Shown here: piece by piece, positions 62,591 to 64,000 of the stretch
Layout: the number at the start of each line of letters is the position of its first letter
Position numbering within the stretch: position 1 is the stretch's first letter
Assembly (NCBI RefSeq): GCF_039654945.1
Contig: NW_027361717.1
Coordinates: 28,458,001 to 28,522,000, forward strand
Length of the DNA stretch: 64,000 nucleotides
Direction: 5' to 3'
Source of the DNA: Dendrobates tinctorius
Lineage: Eukaryota
The notes under the pieces: model-generated
The model's input: the letters and a program-made list of their open reading frames with translations, nothing else
Databases searched by the model: none
Told to the model about the DNA's origin: nothing
Made by a program: the position numbers and the translations under genes

Positions 62591-63056
62591 TGCAGCATGT
62601 GTACAGATAAGTGGATACTTTATGCACGTTGGCTGAATTATATGAAGGATTGCTTATTTAAGCCTACACAGGTAGATTTCTTGATATCTATCGAGCACTG
62701 GTTTGGTATTTAGTGCCCTATTTATGTTGTTACTGTTTTGAAGCAAATATTCACATAAGATCCCTATACCACATGAAGGAGCGAGATATCTAATGAACGG
62801 CCTAATATATGTGACCGTTATTTCTAACAATCACTTTGGAATTTGTATTTTTTCTCAACTTTGTTATTAGACATGGTAGAGGATTACCAGGGAAAGTCGA
62901 CAAGGGACTGGGGAGCCATTATTGTGACCCTAGGGTGCCAACCTCCGATGGTAAGAAGGTGTTAACCATTGGGGTAACACCCATATCATTAATCTGTTAT
63001 ATATATCATGACCATTTTGTGAGAAGCACAGCATATGGACACTTAATACCAGAAAT

Positions 63057-63354
63057 GGCCGGGGTCACACTGCGTTTAAGGCAGTCCGCTGACGGAGTGC
63101 GTTACATCGCGGTATAACGCAGTCCGTTAACGCAGCCATAGACCCCCATAACGTAGCGCATCACGACGTATGCCGTAAAGCGGCACGCGTTCGCGACGTG
63201 CCGTTATTCACTGACGGAGCCTCGGATGTGGGCTGCAGCGTCTGAGGCTCCGTCACCGCTAGCGCTGATGAAGCTTTGCGTTATGCTATAGCGTTAACAC
63301 AGCCCGTCAACGCTATGCGTTGAAGGGGCTGTGTTAACGCTATGTGAACCTGGC
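63057..63354. mobile_element. Harbinger-type MITE
   Basis: GGCCGGGGTCACAC ... TGTGAACCTGGCC termini with internal palindromes. Confidence 0.6.
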
Positions 63355-64000
63355 CATGGTGTGAAAAGTGGTCTATTTGATGACAACTTATGACACTGTG
63401 AATATCTATAGAGGAGTTTAATTGGTATTTAGCTAGGATCTCAATTATCTAATTCTATCTTGTCAGATTTGCAGCAGATCGGTTTTGGGGTCTTTTATTT
63501 TTTTTCTTTATTACCGTATTGTTATGCGTTCCTATATTTGAAATTCCTGTTTCCCATTAGCGGACAGGTGCTAGGGTGAGCCGTCGACGAGCGGGGGCGC
63601 CACTGTCGTGACCCTGGGGTGCCGACCTCTGCAGCTCAGGCAGGGATCGACACTAGAGTAAGATCCTACATACTTAGAGTCAGCCTTACCATCCCTCTGG
63701 ATCCCTAGATAGGTGAAATCATGTGTATTGTGTTTTAAGCTTTCTGTGATTATGGGTATTTTTAAGATTTAATATTAAAAATAGATTTTTTAGGGGAATT
63801 TATGGTACTCGATTTTGATGTTCTCTTTCTAAATATATAGTGTTAGTCACAATGTGAAAGCACCCTAAGATGTCAAAGAGAGTAGTCCAAGTTTGGTATG
63901 AAATGCTGCAGACACTACGTGACTATAGACTTCTGAATACTCACAGCGAATGGTGAACATCGCACGCTGTCAGGATTATTGCTGAAGAGAACGCGATAAG

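Overview
Repeat-rich vertebrate DNA, most likely from a frog (inferred from the MITE, DIRS, L2, Tc1 and V-SINE content), with three N gaps. Two host genes lie on the minus strand. The first is the last two coding exons of RASA2 (61060-61813). The second, downstream in the same orientation, is a complete 8-exon gene that I spliced by hand (38622->21341, 414 aa): a signal peptide plus two laminin-G domains of the SHBG/GAS6/PROS1 family. It is probably the shbgb paralog, and it sits where GAS6 sits relative to RASA3. Its last intron holds a full-length DIRS tyrosine-recombinase retrotransposon with ITRs and an ICR. A near-intact 6.97-kb PIF/Harbinger transposon (13178-20151, TAA TSD) carries a spliced DDE transposase and a convergent multi-exon MADF/BESS-like gene. 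It also carries two structured arrays: six identical-length ~95-nt pri-miRNA-like hairpins inside the intron that splits the MADF domain, and a 259-bp palindromic satellite between the two genes. A non-autonomous element with the same ends (1470-2791) carries a telomere-like (CCCTAA)n array instead. The remainder is decayed hAT, Tc1, L2, SINE, Penelope-like (degenerate hammerhead) and MITE sequence. All calls come from reading the sequence; no searches were run.
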